Below are positions 46,148-56,618 of a stretch of 64,000 nucleotides of DNA, piece after piece. The stretch lies in contig CALRVH010000010.1 of assembly GCA_943371565.1 (NCBI GenBank), positions 23,940 to 87,939 on the forward strand. Reading direction: 5' to 3'. The notes under the pieces are model-generated. The model ran no database searches. It was given only the letters and a program-made list of their open reading frames with translations, and was not told the origin of the DNA. Every line of letters begins with the position of its first letter. Position 1 is the first letter of the stretch. The stretch is from Chitinophaga pinensis. Lineage in GTDB: Bacteria; Bacteroidota; Bacteroidia; Chitinophagales; Chitinophagaceae. The position numbers and the translations under genes were made by a program.

Positions 46148-47611
46148 CTACAAATTCTTTATTTCCCCTATCAGATCCTGCAACACTTTCTTGGCATCAC
46201 CAAACAACATCGATGTTTTGGGCTGGAAAAATAATTCGTTTTCTATACCAGCATACCCGGGCTTCATACTTCGTTTATTGACAATCACATTTTTGGCCAG
46301 TTCTACATCCAGTATTGGCATTCCATAAATAGGAGAAGCCGGATCTGTTTTGGCAGCAGGATTTACCACATCATTGGCACCGAGGATCAATACCACATCT
46401 GTTGCAGGAAATTCATCATTGGCTTGTTCCATCTCCAGCAATTTCTCATAAGGAACATCTGCTTCGGCGAGCAAAACGTTCATGTGACCGGGCATACGTC
46501 CTGCAACCGGGTGAATGGCATATTTAACTTCTACTCCTTTGCTTTCTAATAATTTTTCCAACTCATGACAGGCATGTTGTGCCTGCGCAACAGCCAATCC
46601 GTAACCGGGAACGATATAAACTTTACTGGAATAGCTCATCAAGACAGCTGTATCGCTCAGTGAAATTTCTTTATAGCTACCCTGGGCTTTGGCCTCACCA
46701 GTTGCCGCTTTACTTCCACCTCCAAATGATCCAATCAAAACATTTGCCAGTGAACGGTTCATCGCTTTACACATCAATATCGTTAATAAAGTACCTGCAG
46801 CTCCAACCAGGATACCACCAGTGAGCATCACTTTATTATTATACAAAAAGCCACCGCAAGCTGCAGCAACACCTGTAAAGGAGTTTAATAAAGAAATTAC
46901 AACCGGCATATCTGCACCGCCAATCGGGAAAACAAAAAAGACGCCATACAACAACGATAAGGCAAATATTGCGTAGAATACTAGTGAGGCATTAACAGGG
47001 GTCCATCCAATAATATAGGCAGCAAGTCCAACTATGATAAGCAACAATACAATATTGAAAATATGCTGTCCTGGGAAGGAAAAATCTTTGACTTTTCCAT
47101 TCAGCTTTCCCCATGCAACCATGCTTCCGGCGAAAGAAACTGAACCTATAATAAGACCAAGAACAATAATTAATATATGACCTGTCGTCGGGAGTTCTGG
47201 AATTTGAGTTGGGCCAAGTGATGACAGTGGCGGAAATAATATCCATGCCTCACCTGAAAAAAACATTGAAATATGATCGAACTCTACAATACTGATCAAA
47301 GCCGCACAAGCTCCACCCATACCATTAAACATACTCACCATTTCCGGCATAGCCGTCATCTTTACTTTTTTGGCTGCTAAAAACCCGATTACAGTCCCGA
47401 CAGCAATGCCACCAAATATCCAGGGATAGTTACCGAGCTTTTGTCCGCCTTCCTCGTACAAAAAGATAGTACCAAGAATAGCAATGATCATCCCGCCGGC
47501 AGCTATCAAGTTTCCTTTTCTTGCCGTAGCAGGATTGGATAACATTTTTAATCCAAGAATAAATGTTACCGAACCAATCAGATAACAAAGTGTAAGTATA
47601 TTGATCTCCAT
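46148..47611 (-). CDS. pntB: NAD(P) transhydrogenase subunit beta
   Basis: A multi-TM N-terminal half and the dIII NADP(H) domain (YGLAVAQAQH ... AIHPVAGRMPGHMNVLLAEA). Confidence 0.92.
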   Translation of the reverse strand: MEINILTLCYLIGSVTFILGLKMLSNPATARKGNLIAAGGMIIAILGTIFLYEEGGQKLGNYPWIFGGIAVGTVIGFLAAKKVKMTAMPEMVSMFNGMGGACAALISIVEFDHISMFFSGEAWILFPPLSSLGPTQIPELPTTGHILIIVLGLIIGSVSFAGSMVAWGKLNGKVKDFSFPGQHIFNIVLLLIIVGLAAYIIGWTPVNASLVFYAIFALSLLYGVFFVFPIGGADMPVVISLLNSFTGVAAACGGFLYNNKVMLTGGILVGAAGTLLTILMCKAMNRSLANVLIGSFGGGSKAATGEAKAQGSYKEISLSDTAVLMSYSSKVYIVPGYGLAVAQAQHACHELEKLLESKGVEVKYAIHPVAGRMPGHMNVLLAEADVPYEKLLEMEQANDEFPATDVVLILGANDVVNPAAKTDPASPIYGMPILDVELAKNVIVNKRSMKPGYAGIENELFFQPKTSMLFGDAKKVLQDLIGEIKNL

Positions 47612-47645
47612 GTTTTCGCCTTAATCATTATTAATCAAGAAAATC

Positions 47646-47960
47646 TTAGTTCTTTTTTTTCTTCTTAAACATCTCCAGCATCCTGTCTGTCACTACAAAT
47701 CCACCTACCACATTCACTGTACCCACAATTACCGCAATGAAACCTAATATTAATGCGAGATAATTATCACTCTCCGCTTTGCCCATTACAATAATAGCAC
47801 CGATGATCACAACTCCATGGATGGCATTGGCGCCGCTCATCAGCGGCGTATGCAGTACACTCGGCACACGGCCTATCACTTCTATGCCTACAAAGATCAT
47901 CAGGATGACGATGTATATCATTTGCTGGTTAGCCGAGATCCAGTTCAGAATATTTTCCAT
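47646..47960 (-). CDS. pntA: NAD(P) transhydrogenase subunit alpha, part 2
   Basis: A 104-aa membrane protein with 3 TM helices, located between pntA part 1 and pntB. Confidence 0.85.
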   Translation of the reverse strand: MENILNWISANQQMIYIVILMIFVGIEVIGRVPSVLHTPLMSGANAIHGVVIIGAIIVMGKAESDNYLALILGFIAVIVGTVNVVGGFVVTDRMLEMFKKKKKN

Positions 47961-47965
47961 TCAAT

Positions 47966-49075
47966 TTATTTTATTCGTTCGTTTGTTATTTCTCCATCAT
48001 GTGTTATACAACTTCCTTTTACCAAATCATCTGCCCAGTTCAGGTTGATACTTCCTTCTTTTGTCACAATCAGTTGTAGAAAATTCAATACATTTTTCCC
48101 GTATAATTTACTTGCATCACTGGGCATTGTTGATTGCAAACTGGAGTTACCAAGTATGCTTACTCCATTATAATTAACTGTTTCATTATTTTTTGTAACC
48201 GGTGTGTTACCACCTGTAGCAGCGGCAAGGTCAATAATTATCGACCCATTCCGCATCGCTTGTATCATTTCTTCCGTAATAAGTATCGGGGCTTTCTTGC
48301 CGGGAATCTGTGCTGTTGTAATTACAATATCAGCTTTTGCAATACTCTCTGCAATCCTTGCTTTCTGACGCTGTAAAAAGTCTTCGCTTTGCTCAACAGC
48401 GTATCCGCCAGCTTCACTTGCATCTGCAGCCCCTTCCACCTCCACGAATTTTGCACCAAGGCTCATTACTTCTTCTTTCACCGCGGGTCTTGTATCAAAT
48501 ACTTCTACTACGGCACCTAATCTTTTGGCCGTAGCGATAGCTTGTAATCCTGCAACGCCTGCACCAAGTATCAACAATTTTGCCGGAGCAATGCTTCCAG
48601 CAGCAGTCATAAACATGGGAAAATATCTTCCATACAAACCGGCAGCAGTTAGTACAGCTTTATAGCCTGCAATATTTGCCTGCGAACTCAAAACGTCCAT
48701 TGCCTGCGCCCTTGTAGTTCGGGGCAGCATATCCAGTGAAAACGTAGTAATTCCAGCGGCTGCCCATTGCTTCATCGAATCAATATTAAACAAAGGCTGA
48801 TAAACACCGATGAGAATTTTCGATTTCAGCTGTTGTATTTCTGATTGTTCGGGCTTATGAATGATCAGAATTATGTCAGATGCAGACAGCACCTCCTGAC
48901 GGGTCTTAATTTCTGCCCCGGCTTTTTCATAATCAGCATTGCTGCAAAAGGCTTTTTCGCCTGCGCCATTTTCTGCAATAACTGTGATTCCTTTTTTGGT
49001 GAGGGTAGCAACCGCCTCCGCCAGAAGCGACACTCTTGTTTCATGTACAGGTTCTTTTAAAACACCAATCGTCAT
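47966..49075 (-). CDS. pntA: NAD(P) transhydrogenase subunit alpha, part 1
   Basis: Alanine-dehydrogenase/PNT N- and C-domains with the Rossmann motif LILGAGVAGLQAI. Confidence 0.9.
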   Translation of the reverse strand: MTIGVLKEPVHETRVSLLAEAVATLTKKGITVIAENGAGEKAFCSNADYEKAGAEIKTRQEVLSASDIILIIHKPEQSEIQQLKSKILIGVYQPLFNIDSMKQWAAAGITTFSLDMLPRTTRAQAMDVLSSQANIAGYKAVLTAAGLYGRYFPMFMTAAGSIAPAKLLILGAGVAGLQAIATAKRLGAVVEVFDTRPAVKEEVMSLGAKFVEVEGAADASEAGGYAVEQSEDFLQRQKARIAESIAKADIVITTAQIPGKKAPILITEEMIQAMRNGSIIIDLAAATGGNTPVTKNNETVNYNGVSILGNSSLQSTMPSDASKLYGKNVLNFLQLIVTKEGSINLNWADDLVKGSCITHDGEITNERIK

Positions 49076-49199
49076 AATGAATCTGGGTTATAGAGATAGA
49101 AAATTGAATTTCCGGTGGCCGTGAAGGTATTGATTTTTTGGGGAGCGGCACAGCACGGAGCCTTGATTTTCTTCATCCCCGGGCCTGTTGTTTATCAGC

Positions 49200-49997
49200 T
49201 CAAAACCGGATACTGAAATGCTGTTTTTCACTGAATTCCTCCCTGAAAAATACGATACCAATAAAAAAAAGATCAATACTGCAGCGGACAGCGGGATGTG
49301 ACTTAATGGTTTCCCAGGCCTGTTCCATTTCCTTGCTCCAGTGTATATCATCAAAAATTATAATGGACTCATTGTGTGTTTTAGAGAGCATCTCCTTAAA
49401 ATATCTTTCTGTAGGCTCCTGCCGGTGATTACCGTCAATAAAAGCAAAGTCCACGGTCGTCAAACCAGAAACCACAGCAGATAGTGTGTTGTCAAAATTT
49501 CCTTCGATCAGCGAATAGTTTTTGAGGCCTAAAGTTTGGAAGTTTTCGTTTGCAGTTTTGGCTACTTCTTTTGCACCTTCCAGGGTTATCAGTTTAGCTT
49601 CGGGCCTTGCCAATGATAAATAAGATGTAGTAATACCTAAAGATGTACCCAGTTCTACTATTGTTGGAGGTTGGTATTCTCGTATAATTCTAAAAAGTAG
49701 CTGCCCAAACTTTTTCGGTTTGGCTGAGTTTTTTGCAATTTCTGCAACTGTTCGTTTGTTGGTTTTATTGACAGCAGAACCGGCTCCAAAATCTGCGATT
49801 GTTAATTCGGTTTTATCCGCTAATAACTTATTGCGGAGATTTTCAACTTTCTCATATGCCGGGTAAGGCATTTTATCATTCAATACCTTAGTAATAAATT
49901 GAAATACAAAAGGAGAATGAATGCCGTGACCTTTACCGTTTGATGCGGTGAAATAGTAGTTGAGATATTTAAGTGCTAGCTGGGTCTTTGTGTACAT
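49200..49997 (-). CDS. Class I SAM-dependent (O-)methyltransferase
   Basis: Motif I VELGTSLG and FIDGNH, resembling O-methyltransferase family 3-like proteins. Confidence 0.65.
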   Translation of the reverse strand: MYTKTQLALKYLNYYFTASNGKGHGIHSPFVFQFITKVLNDKMPYPAYEKVENLRNKLLADKTELTIADFGAGSAVNKTNKRTVAEIAKNSAKPKKFGQLLFRIIREYQPPTIVELGTSLGITTSYLSLARPEAKLITLEGAKEVAKTANENFQTLGLKNYSLIEGNFDNTLSAVVSGLTTVDFAFIDGNHRQEPTERYFKEMLSKTHNESIIIFDDIHWSKEMEQAWETIKSHPAVRCSIDLFFIGIVFFREEFSEKQHFSIRF

Positions 49998-50034
49998 AAT
50001 TGAAATATAGAAAATTCACTTTCATATCTGCAAA

Positions 50035-50526
50035 TCAAATCCGCTCCCACACCTGAAACGAATAATTGTAATCATTCTTTTCATCCGCCTCATGATTTTT
50101 CTGGCTGGCGAGATGCCAATCCCCCGGATGCAAGGAGGGAAAAAAAGTATCTGCTTCAGGTTCGGCCTCCACCCTTGTCAGGTAAATACGTTTTGCCTTG
50201 TCGAAAAGTGCTTTGTATATCTCTCCTCCCCCAATTACCATCACTTCAAGGGCATCGGTTTGTTTGGCAACAAACAAGGCATCTTCAATCGTTTTCACCG
50301 TTACGGTACCTTCTATTTTCAAACCGGGCTGACGGGAAATAATAATATTCTTTCGCCCCGGCAGCACTTTACCTAATGATTCAAATGTCTTTCTTCCCAT
50401 TACGACGGGCATGCCCCATGTAACATTTTTAAAATGCTTCATATCATTAGGCAAGTGCCATGGCATTTGACCATCTTTTCCAATGGCATTATTAGTTGCT
50501 GCTGCTACTACGAGGGAAATAGTCAT
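50035..50526 (-). CDS. folA: Dihydrofolate reductase
   Basis: Contains IGKDGQMPWHLPNDMKHFK and VMGRKTFES motifs. Length is 163 aa. Confidence 0.9.
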   Translation of the reverse strand: MTISLVVAAATNNAIGKDGQMPWHLPNDMKHFKNVTWGMPVVMGRKTFESLGKVLPGRKNIIISRQPGLKIEGTVTVKTIEDALFVAKQTDALEVMVIGGGEIYKALFDKAKRIYLTRVEAEPEADTFFPSLHPGDWHLASQKNHEADEKNDYNYSFQVWERI

Positions 50527-50538
50527 TATAAAAATAAT

Positions 50539-51333
50539 TTAAACTGCTACCGGTGCTTTTATAGCCGGATGACATTCATAATTTTCCAATGTAAAATCTT
50601 CAAATTTAAATTCAAATATATCTTTTACCTCCGGGTTTAGCCTCATAGTTGGCAACGGAAATGGAATTCTGCTCAATTGTAAATTTACCTGCTCAACATG
50701 ATTACTATAAATATGTACGTCTCCAAATGTGTGAACGAAGTCTCCGGGTTTTAAATCACAGACCTGTGCAATCATCATTGTCAACAATGCATAAGAAGCA
50801 ATATTAAAAGGAACACCCAGGAAAACATCTGCACTGCGCTGATACAACTGGCAACTTAATTTTCCATCGGCCACATAGAATTGAAACATATTGTGACAAG
50901 GCATTAATGCCATTTCAGGCAACTCCGCCACATTCCATGCACTCACAATCAATCGCCGGCTATCGGGGTTCTTTTTTATCTGTGCAATCAATTCTGATAT
51001 CTGGTCTGTTACTTTTCCATCTTTACCCTCCCAACTGCGCCATTGTTTACCATATACAGGCCCCAGTTCTCCATTTTCATTTGCCCATTCGTCCCAAATT
51101 TTTACGCCATGTTCTTTCAGGTAGGCAATATTGGTTTCGCCTTTCAGAAACCATAGCAACTCATAAATAATACTTTTCAGGTGCACTTTCTTGGTTGTTA
51201 CCAATGGAAATCCTTTTTGCAGATCAAACCGCATCTGGTAGCCAAATACGCTTTGCGTACCTGTACAGGTGCGGTCAGTTTTGTGAGTTCCTGTATCTAA
51301 TATATGCTTAAGAAGGTCGAGGTACTGTTGCAT
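50539..51333 (-). CDS. thyA: Thymidylate synthase
   Basis: Highly conserved ThyA blocks (DRTGTGT-like [41 protein letters not shown]). Confidence 0.95.
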   Translation of the reverse strand: MQQYLDLLKHILDTGTHKTDRTCTGTQSVFGYQMRFDLQKGFPLVTTKKVHLKSIIYELLWFLKGETNIAYLKEHGVKIWDEWANENGELGPVYGKQWRSWEGKDGKVTDQISELIAQIKKNPDSRRLIVSAWNVAELPEMALMPCHNMFQFYVADGKLSCQLYQRSADVFLGVPFNIASYALLTMMIAQVCDLKPGDFVHTFGDVHIYSNHVEQVNLQLSRIPFPLPTMRLNPEVKDIFEFKFEDFTLENYECHPAIKAPVAV

Positions 51334-51464
51334 TCCTGCAAGTTAGGAAAAAGCTCAATGGAGAATGGCCAACATGAATATCTGTGGGCAAACTGTGGAT
51401 TGCAGCATTCATGCAACGTAAACGGTCTTGATTGTATCTTTACCGATAGTTTTAAAAAATCGTC

Positions 51465-52469
51465 ATGAAATTCACTGTAAAATCAGCTACCCTTTTATTT
51501 GCTTCATTTTTGCTTGCTGCACCAATTGTATTCTGCCAGGCCGATACGGCAAAGCTTGAGAAGCCCATATCCATACTCAATAAAAAGATCTTCTTCAATT
51601 TTCCGGCTTCGGCGGTGGTAAGCCCCCGAGTGGCCGACATTATGGCTGCCGACCCCAACGAAAACCGGGAGACCAGGGTTATTGTTGATAATGGAAAAAT
51701 GCGGCTGGTGTTTTTCGCACAGGAACTATTTGCATATAGCGGAAACACTTTGTTTGAAGATATTTCAAAAGAAATTGAACCTGATTTTGATTTTAAAAGA
51801 AAAATACTGGTCGACAGCGATTCGCTGACGACCATCATCTCAACGCCATCTCTTTTTGATTCCTCTGCCTCTGCTATTCTTATCAACAGCCTGCTGATAA
51901 AATCCCCGGATAATACTGTGAGCAGAATTGATGTGTATATTAATCCTGACGCCTACTCACAGAAAGATAGTTATATAAGACTGACAGAAAATATTTTTAA
52001 AACTATTACAAAGGGGACAAGAAGGATACAACTTGACGCAAGAGAAGAGAGTTATAAGATATTCGGGGTTGCTACTAAATTTCTGTTCAAACTGCCCGCA
52101 CATTACTATGTAACCGTTGACGAAAAATATGACTTCGGGGTTTTCAAATTAACGAAATACAAAAAAAGTCTTACCGATACTACTTATACCAGTGTTACCA
52201 TTTATACTGGTCACCACCCTTCTTACTTTCATAAAGAATATGGTTATACAGAGGATAAAGCGGTGAAAACAAAAGGGCAATTTTTACAAGCCCCTGTTGA
52301 CTGGTTATACCTGAAAGACGAACCACAAAACTTTTTCCTGAAAGAACAATTCATCCCGGCAGATACCATTGAAAAAGGGCTTATACTGCATGTAGCGATG
52401 CTAAGTAATAAAAAGGAAGTGATAGAAGAATTATCTAAAATTGTTGAGAGTATTAAGGCTGTGAAATGA
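51465..52469 (+). CDS. Hypothetical exported protein
   Basis: Signal peptide (..APIVFCQA). No family recognised. Confidence 0.5.
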   Translation: MKFTVKSATLLFASFLLAAPIVFCQADTAKLEKPISILNKKIFFNFPASAVVSPRVADIMAADPNENRETRVIVDNGKMRLVFFAQELFAYSGNTLFEDISKEIEPDFDFKRKILVDSDSLTTIISTPSLFDSSASAILINSLLIKSPDNTVSRIDVYINPDAYSQKDSYIRLTENIFKTITKGTRRIQLDAREESYKIFGVATKFLFKLPAHYYVTVDEKYDFGVFKLTKYKKSLTDTTYTSVTIYTGHHPSYFHKEYGYTEDKAVKTKGQFLQAPVDWLYLKDEPQNFFLKEQFIPADTIEKGLILHVAMLSNKKEVIEELSKIVESIKAVK

Positions 52470-52537
52470 TTTTAGAATATAACTGTTAATTAACTCTTTC
52501 GACAAAAGATTGACAACTTATCATAGTCGAGTATAAA

Positions 52538-53911
52538 TCAGTTCAAGATAGGAATTAATCGCTGAAAATCAGGCTCCTTAATGACATAATCAGCAACAGC
52601 ATCTACCAAATTACTGGTAGAGCAAAACGAGATACCAATACCAGCCTTTTTAAGACAGCAGATATCGTTTTCTCCATCTCCAATCATCAGTGTGTTTTTC
52701 AACTCTACTTTATATTGCCCGCAGATTTTAATCATAGCATTTAATTTACAATAATCATGTTTGCACTGACTATCCTCCCCGGATACAAATAAAGAGGGGA
52801 TTTTAACTTCACCTGTAGCAAAACTTCTTGAGAATTCCAGTTCGTTGGAAATTGTAAAATCAAACCCAAATTTATTCTTTAGATGATTGGTAACACAATC
52901 ATAACTATCACTAATAATTCCAGTGATATAACCCTGCTTTTTTAACTCAATCACAATTTTATCTAGATTAGGTGTTACGTCAATTCCATCGGTCAATTCC
53001 AATAAATCACCGATTGATTTCCCTTTCAGTAATGCGGCAATCAATTTAGTACGGATAAACGGATTGTTATTAGTCGTAACAATATCTACCAATTGCTTTT
53101 TGAACCCAAGTTTTTCTGCCGCAGTATTAATAAAACTTGTTCTTAAAATTGTATTGTCCAGATCAAAGACGGCAATTTTTTTTAATGACATAAGTCCTTC
53201 CCGGATAGCAAACTCCATCTGCTCCCGTATTAACTGGATATTTTCATACGTTTCCAGGTTTTTTGCATCTGCACTCCGGGATTTTTTCATAATTGCCCTT
53301 GCCACCTCACGACTCATCTTGCCAAGCTGCTCCAAGGGCTGCATCTTGTTTTCAATATTACCTATACTTACCTCGTTAATTTTTGCACCCAGGTTGTGCA
53401 TGTCAATCAAAATACCAATATCCACACCATAACCCTCTTCAAATTCGATTTTTGCAAATAAGCTTTTCTTTCCCGCAATCATGCCACTCAGCGGCTGCTT
53501 AAAATTTGGAAAGGACGGATATAATATAGAAAGTAAAGGTTTTGCAACCAACTCTGTCACCCTTCCAGCCTGTCTTGAAAAATAAGATTTTACAAAATCT
53601 GCCTCATCCTTTAGCAAAGGTTTAGTTAAAATTTCTACTACATCTTTAGGATAGGTAATTATGTCAGCATCAAGAAAGGCAATAATTTCATTTTTTGCGA
53701 CAAGTATCCCATCCTTCATGGAAACTCCTTTTCCAAGTTTAGTACTGGTTATTACAGTAGCACCTTCCTTTCTGGCTTCCGCAATCGTGTTATCCATAGA
53801 TTTATCATCCACTACTATAACTTCTGATACATGGGCAGAATTATTAGCAAGATGCACAACCTTCCGGATTGTTTTTTCTTCGTTTAGGGCTGGTATAATT
53901 ACAGTAATCAT
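52538..53911 (-). CDS. GT81 glucosyl-3-phosphoglycerate-synthase-like glycosyltransferase fused to HAD phosphatase domain
   Basis: ATG at 53911 (MITVIIPALNEE). The N-terminal half shares blocks with mycobacterial GpgS as I recall it (GRVTELVAKPLL, QPLSGMIAG, GYGVDIGILIDM, MSREVA), plus DAD. The C-terminal half has HAD motifs (FDLDNTIL, GDGENDI). Confidence 0.75.
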   Translation of the reverse strand: MITVIIPALNEEKTIRKVVHLANNSAHVSEVIVVDDKSMDNTIAEARKEGATVITSTKLGKGVSMKDGILVAKNEIIAFLDADIITYPKDVVEILTKPLLKDEADFVKSYFSRQAGRVTELVAKPLLSILYPSFPNFKQPLSGMIAGKKSLFAKIEFEEGYGVDIGILIDMHNLGAKINEVSIGNIENKMQPLEQLGKMSREVARAIMKKSRSADAKNLETYENIQLIREQMEFAIREGLMSLKKIAVFDLDNTILRTSFINTAAEKLGFKKQLVDIVTTNNNPFIRTKLIAALLKGKSIGDLLELTDGIDVTPNLDKIVIELKKQGYITGIISDSYDCVTNHLKNKFGFDFTISNELEFSRSFATGEVKIPSLFVSGEDSQCKHDYCKLNAMIKICGQYKVELKNTLMIGDGENDICCLKKAGIGISFCSTSNLVDAVADYVIKEPDFQRLIPILN

Positions 53912-54045
53912 AAATAAGTAAATAATTAAAAAGAGGCCACACAAATCTAGCTGCGGCCTCTATACTAAAACGCACCGTCGAAAACTGACCATTTTCCAAG
54001 AGAAGGCCCGGAGATGTTTTTATTATAGGTATTGAAATACCAGAT

Positions 54046-55674
54046 TCACTTCGAATCAGCAATCCATTTTTTTAACATCCCGACATATCCGGTCACAGCT
54101 TCATTATCCTGATCCATTGCCAGGTATTTTTCAAACCAGCTTAAAGATGTTGGATAATCCTTTGTTATGTTTGCTTCATATCCACCCAGGTATCCATATG
54201 CCTTCAACAACATTTTTTTATTCACTTTCTTATTTCGCTCACCTATTTCCACTACTTTATTATAATATGGAATCGCTAATGCGTTTGTCATACTAGTATC
54301 AATGGCGGCATTGGCCTGTGCCCTCCAGTAATATCCATAAATATCTACCGGGTAACGGGTTGTATAAAGACCAAACACACTGTCTGTTTGAGAGTATTCT
54401 TTAGCAGTGTAATGAGCCAGCCCCCAATTAAAGAGGTCAACATTATTTGACTTTTCTTTCCACTGGTACAATTTTCCAAGCCAGATAGCCTGGTGGCTGT
54501 AATCTTCAGTTTGTTTATACATATCCGCAATCTTAGTTGCGTATTTCACTTTTTTGATTATTGCTGTGTCCATTTCTGTGGCAATGGCATAATATTCAAT
54601 CGCAGCTTCTTTAGCCCCGGTTACTTTTTCTGTCAGCTGTGCTCTCAATTCAAAATCAGCTGCTATAAACTTATCAGGATCTTCCTTACTGAAATACTCA
54701 GCGATATACTGAATTGCCTGCATTGAATCACCGGCCTTAGCCGAAGAATAAGCCATCAGTTTATAAAGACGGGGCTGACTTTCTTCCATTTTTTTTTCTA
54801 TTATACTTTTTGCTGCTTGTATTGCACTGGTATACTCTCCGTTCAAATAAAGAATATCAGTCATATAATAATCATTCTGCTCCGAGTAATCTGAATTAGC
54901 AATATACTTATCAAGGTATTTTTTTGCTTCCTTTATATCCCTGTAATAATAATATTTATATAATTCGTCCAGAACGGGTGCATAGGTAGAATCAATCTGG
55001 TAGGCTTTGGTAAAATGCTCCAGGTACACATCCGGGTTCTTTTGTGCGGTAAATATTTTTCCAATCAGGTAATGAGCTTTCAGGCTTTGAGGATCTTTTT
55101 TCAATGCCTCCTGGTAAGCAACAAAGGCATTGCTGGCATCTGATAATTTTCGGTATGCAAGTCCTTTTAAAATATCAATTGCTGAATTATTTTTATCCCG
55201 TTTTTCAGCCATATCCAACCAACTGATAGCAGCCCGGGCATCTCCATCCTTTTCATCAATATTGGCTTCTGCCATTGCAATTAACAATGAAGGATTTTTC
55301 TGATTCTTTTTTTCATTAAGAAGTGAAGCAAATATTTCATCTGCCGCAGGCTTATTTCCTGTACCCATTAAGTAACGGGCATAAGCAATTTTGTCCATTG
55401 CATTAGCATTGTTGCTTATAGCCGGAAGCAAATAATCATCTATATATTTTTTAGCTTCATCTGTCTTCTCCTGATTAAGATATGTTTTCACCAATAAGTA
55501 GCTTGCCTCCGTTTCAACAGGTACTGCAGTGGCCGCTTTTTCCAATATTACTTCGGCACTTTGATATCTTTCGTTTTCTATGAATTGTTTTGCTTCGGCC
55601 AGTTCTTGTGCATCCAATAGACCGGTTTTAAATAAAACAGCGGTAAACAATATTATTAGTTTAGTAGTTTTCAT
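54046..55674 (-). CDS. Exported tetratricopeptide-repeat protein
   Basis: Signal peptide, with TPR-like 34-aa helical repeats throughout. Confidence 0.7.
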   Translation of the reverse strand: MKTTKLIILFTAVLFKTGLLDAQELAEAKQFIENERYQSAEVILEKAATAVPVETEASYLLVKTYLNQEKTDEAKKYIDDYLLPAISNNANAMDKIAYARYLMGTGNKPAADEIFASLLNEKKNQKNPSLLIAMAEANIDEKDGDARAAISWLDMAEKRDKNNSAIDILKGLAYRKLSDASNAFVAYQEALKKDPQSLKAHYLIGKIFTAQKNPDVYLEHFTKAYQIDSTYAPVLDELYKYYYYRDIKEAKKYLDKYIANSDYSEQNDYYMTDILYLNGEYTSAIQAAKSIIEKKMEESQPRLYKLMAYSSAKAGDSMQAIQYIAEYFSKEDPDKFIAADFELRAQLTEKVTGAKEAAIEYYAIATEMDTAIIKKVKYATKIADMYKQTEDYSHQAIWLGKLYQWKEKSNNVDLFNWGLAHYTAKEYSQTDSVFGLYTTRYPVDIYGYYWRAQANAAIDTSMTNALAIPYYNKVVEIGERNKKVNKKMLLKAYGYLGGYEANITKDYPTSLSWFEKYLAMDQDNEAVTGYVGMLKKWIADSK

Positions 55675-55685
55675 AATTTTTAGTT

Positions 55686-56552
55686 TTAAGTGAACTGAAC
55701 TCTATCCTGTTGATGTGCTATTGTCAGCACTGGTATATCCGATTCGTTGTATAGATGTTTACCTCTTAATCTATTCCACCATCCTTTTAGTAGCGATTCC
55801 TTTCCCGTGTTTACTACTATCAGATCTGCTTTTATATTTCTGGCATAAGCTAGTGTACTGGCAGGATTATCATAATTTTCCGGTAGTGAACAGTGTATTT
55901 TAATATGGCCATGATCACTCAACAACTGATAAGCTTTTATAAGATATCTTCTTTTTTCTCTGCCAGCATATGAGCCCCCACAACCCATCAGGTGAATGCT
56001 GCCTCTACCCATCCGGCATATATAAGTAGCAATCGAAAGTTTTCTAATCGGCAAGGAATCATTAATGGGTACTACGATATTTTGTAAGCGATTTACATTA
56101 AAAGAACGGGTTACCGTAAGCACAGGGCATTGTGTTTGTTGTGACAGTTTGTTTAAATCAATTTGTTGTATCAGGGCAGTTCTAAATTTTATCCGGTTCC
56201 GTGGTATTATCACAAGATCAATATGCTCAGAAATAATAGTTTGTTTCAATACTGATTGCCAGTTTCCCATAACAATGGCGGATGTAATCAATAGCCCATC
56301 ATGTAATTTATCTTTACATCTGTCCCTCAGTTCTGTAAGCTTACTTTGACACTTTTTAACAGATTCCCTTGTAAAACATCCAGGAAAGAAACCAGAATAT
56401 AAAAAAGGAATAGTAGCTGCCGGTGTCTGAACGTGTATCAAATGGATGTCACAATCAAAATAGTTGGCCATCTGGATAGCTTTATCCAATGCTAAACCAG
56501 TATTACGGTTGAAATTGACCGGAACCAATATTTTAGAAAATAGCTTTTGCAT
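55686..56552 (-). CDS. Tandem universal stress protein (UspA family)
   Basis: Two Usp-like halves (ILVPVNF...DIHLIHV and IVVPIND...IHLMG). Confidence 0.7.
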   Translation of the reverse strand: MQKLFSKILVPVNFNRNTGLALDKAIQMANYFDCDIHLIHVQTPAATIPFLYSGFFPGCFTRESVKKCQSKLTELRDRCKDKLHDGLLITSAIVMGNWQSVLKQTIISEHIDLVIIPRNRIKFRTALIQQIDLNKLSQQTQCPVLTVTRSFNVNRLQNIVVPINDSLPIRKLSIATYICRMGRGSIHLMGCGGSYAGREKRRYLIKAYQLLSDHGHIKIHCSLPENYDNPASTLAYARNIKADLIVVNTGKESLLKGWWNRLRGKHLYNESDIPVLTIAHQQDRVQFT

Positions 56553-56618
56553 ACCCGCAAGCTATATTGCGGAAATTAAAGCGGGGTTAATCTCAGATTA
56601 GATTTGAATTAGAATTTC

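Noticed and set aside
49076-49199. ORF-track ORFs (49088-49354 minus, 49138-49428 plus) and a GC-rich stretch upstream of pntA.
   Set aside because: The ORFs overlap the methyltransferase gene or the spacer and have no features. The region is best read as the pntA promoter and leader. Its CACGGAG-like words are noted under the 7032-7114 finding.
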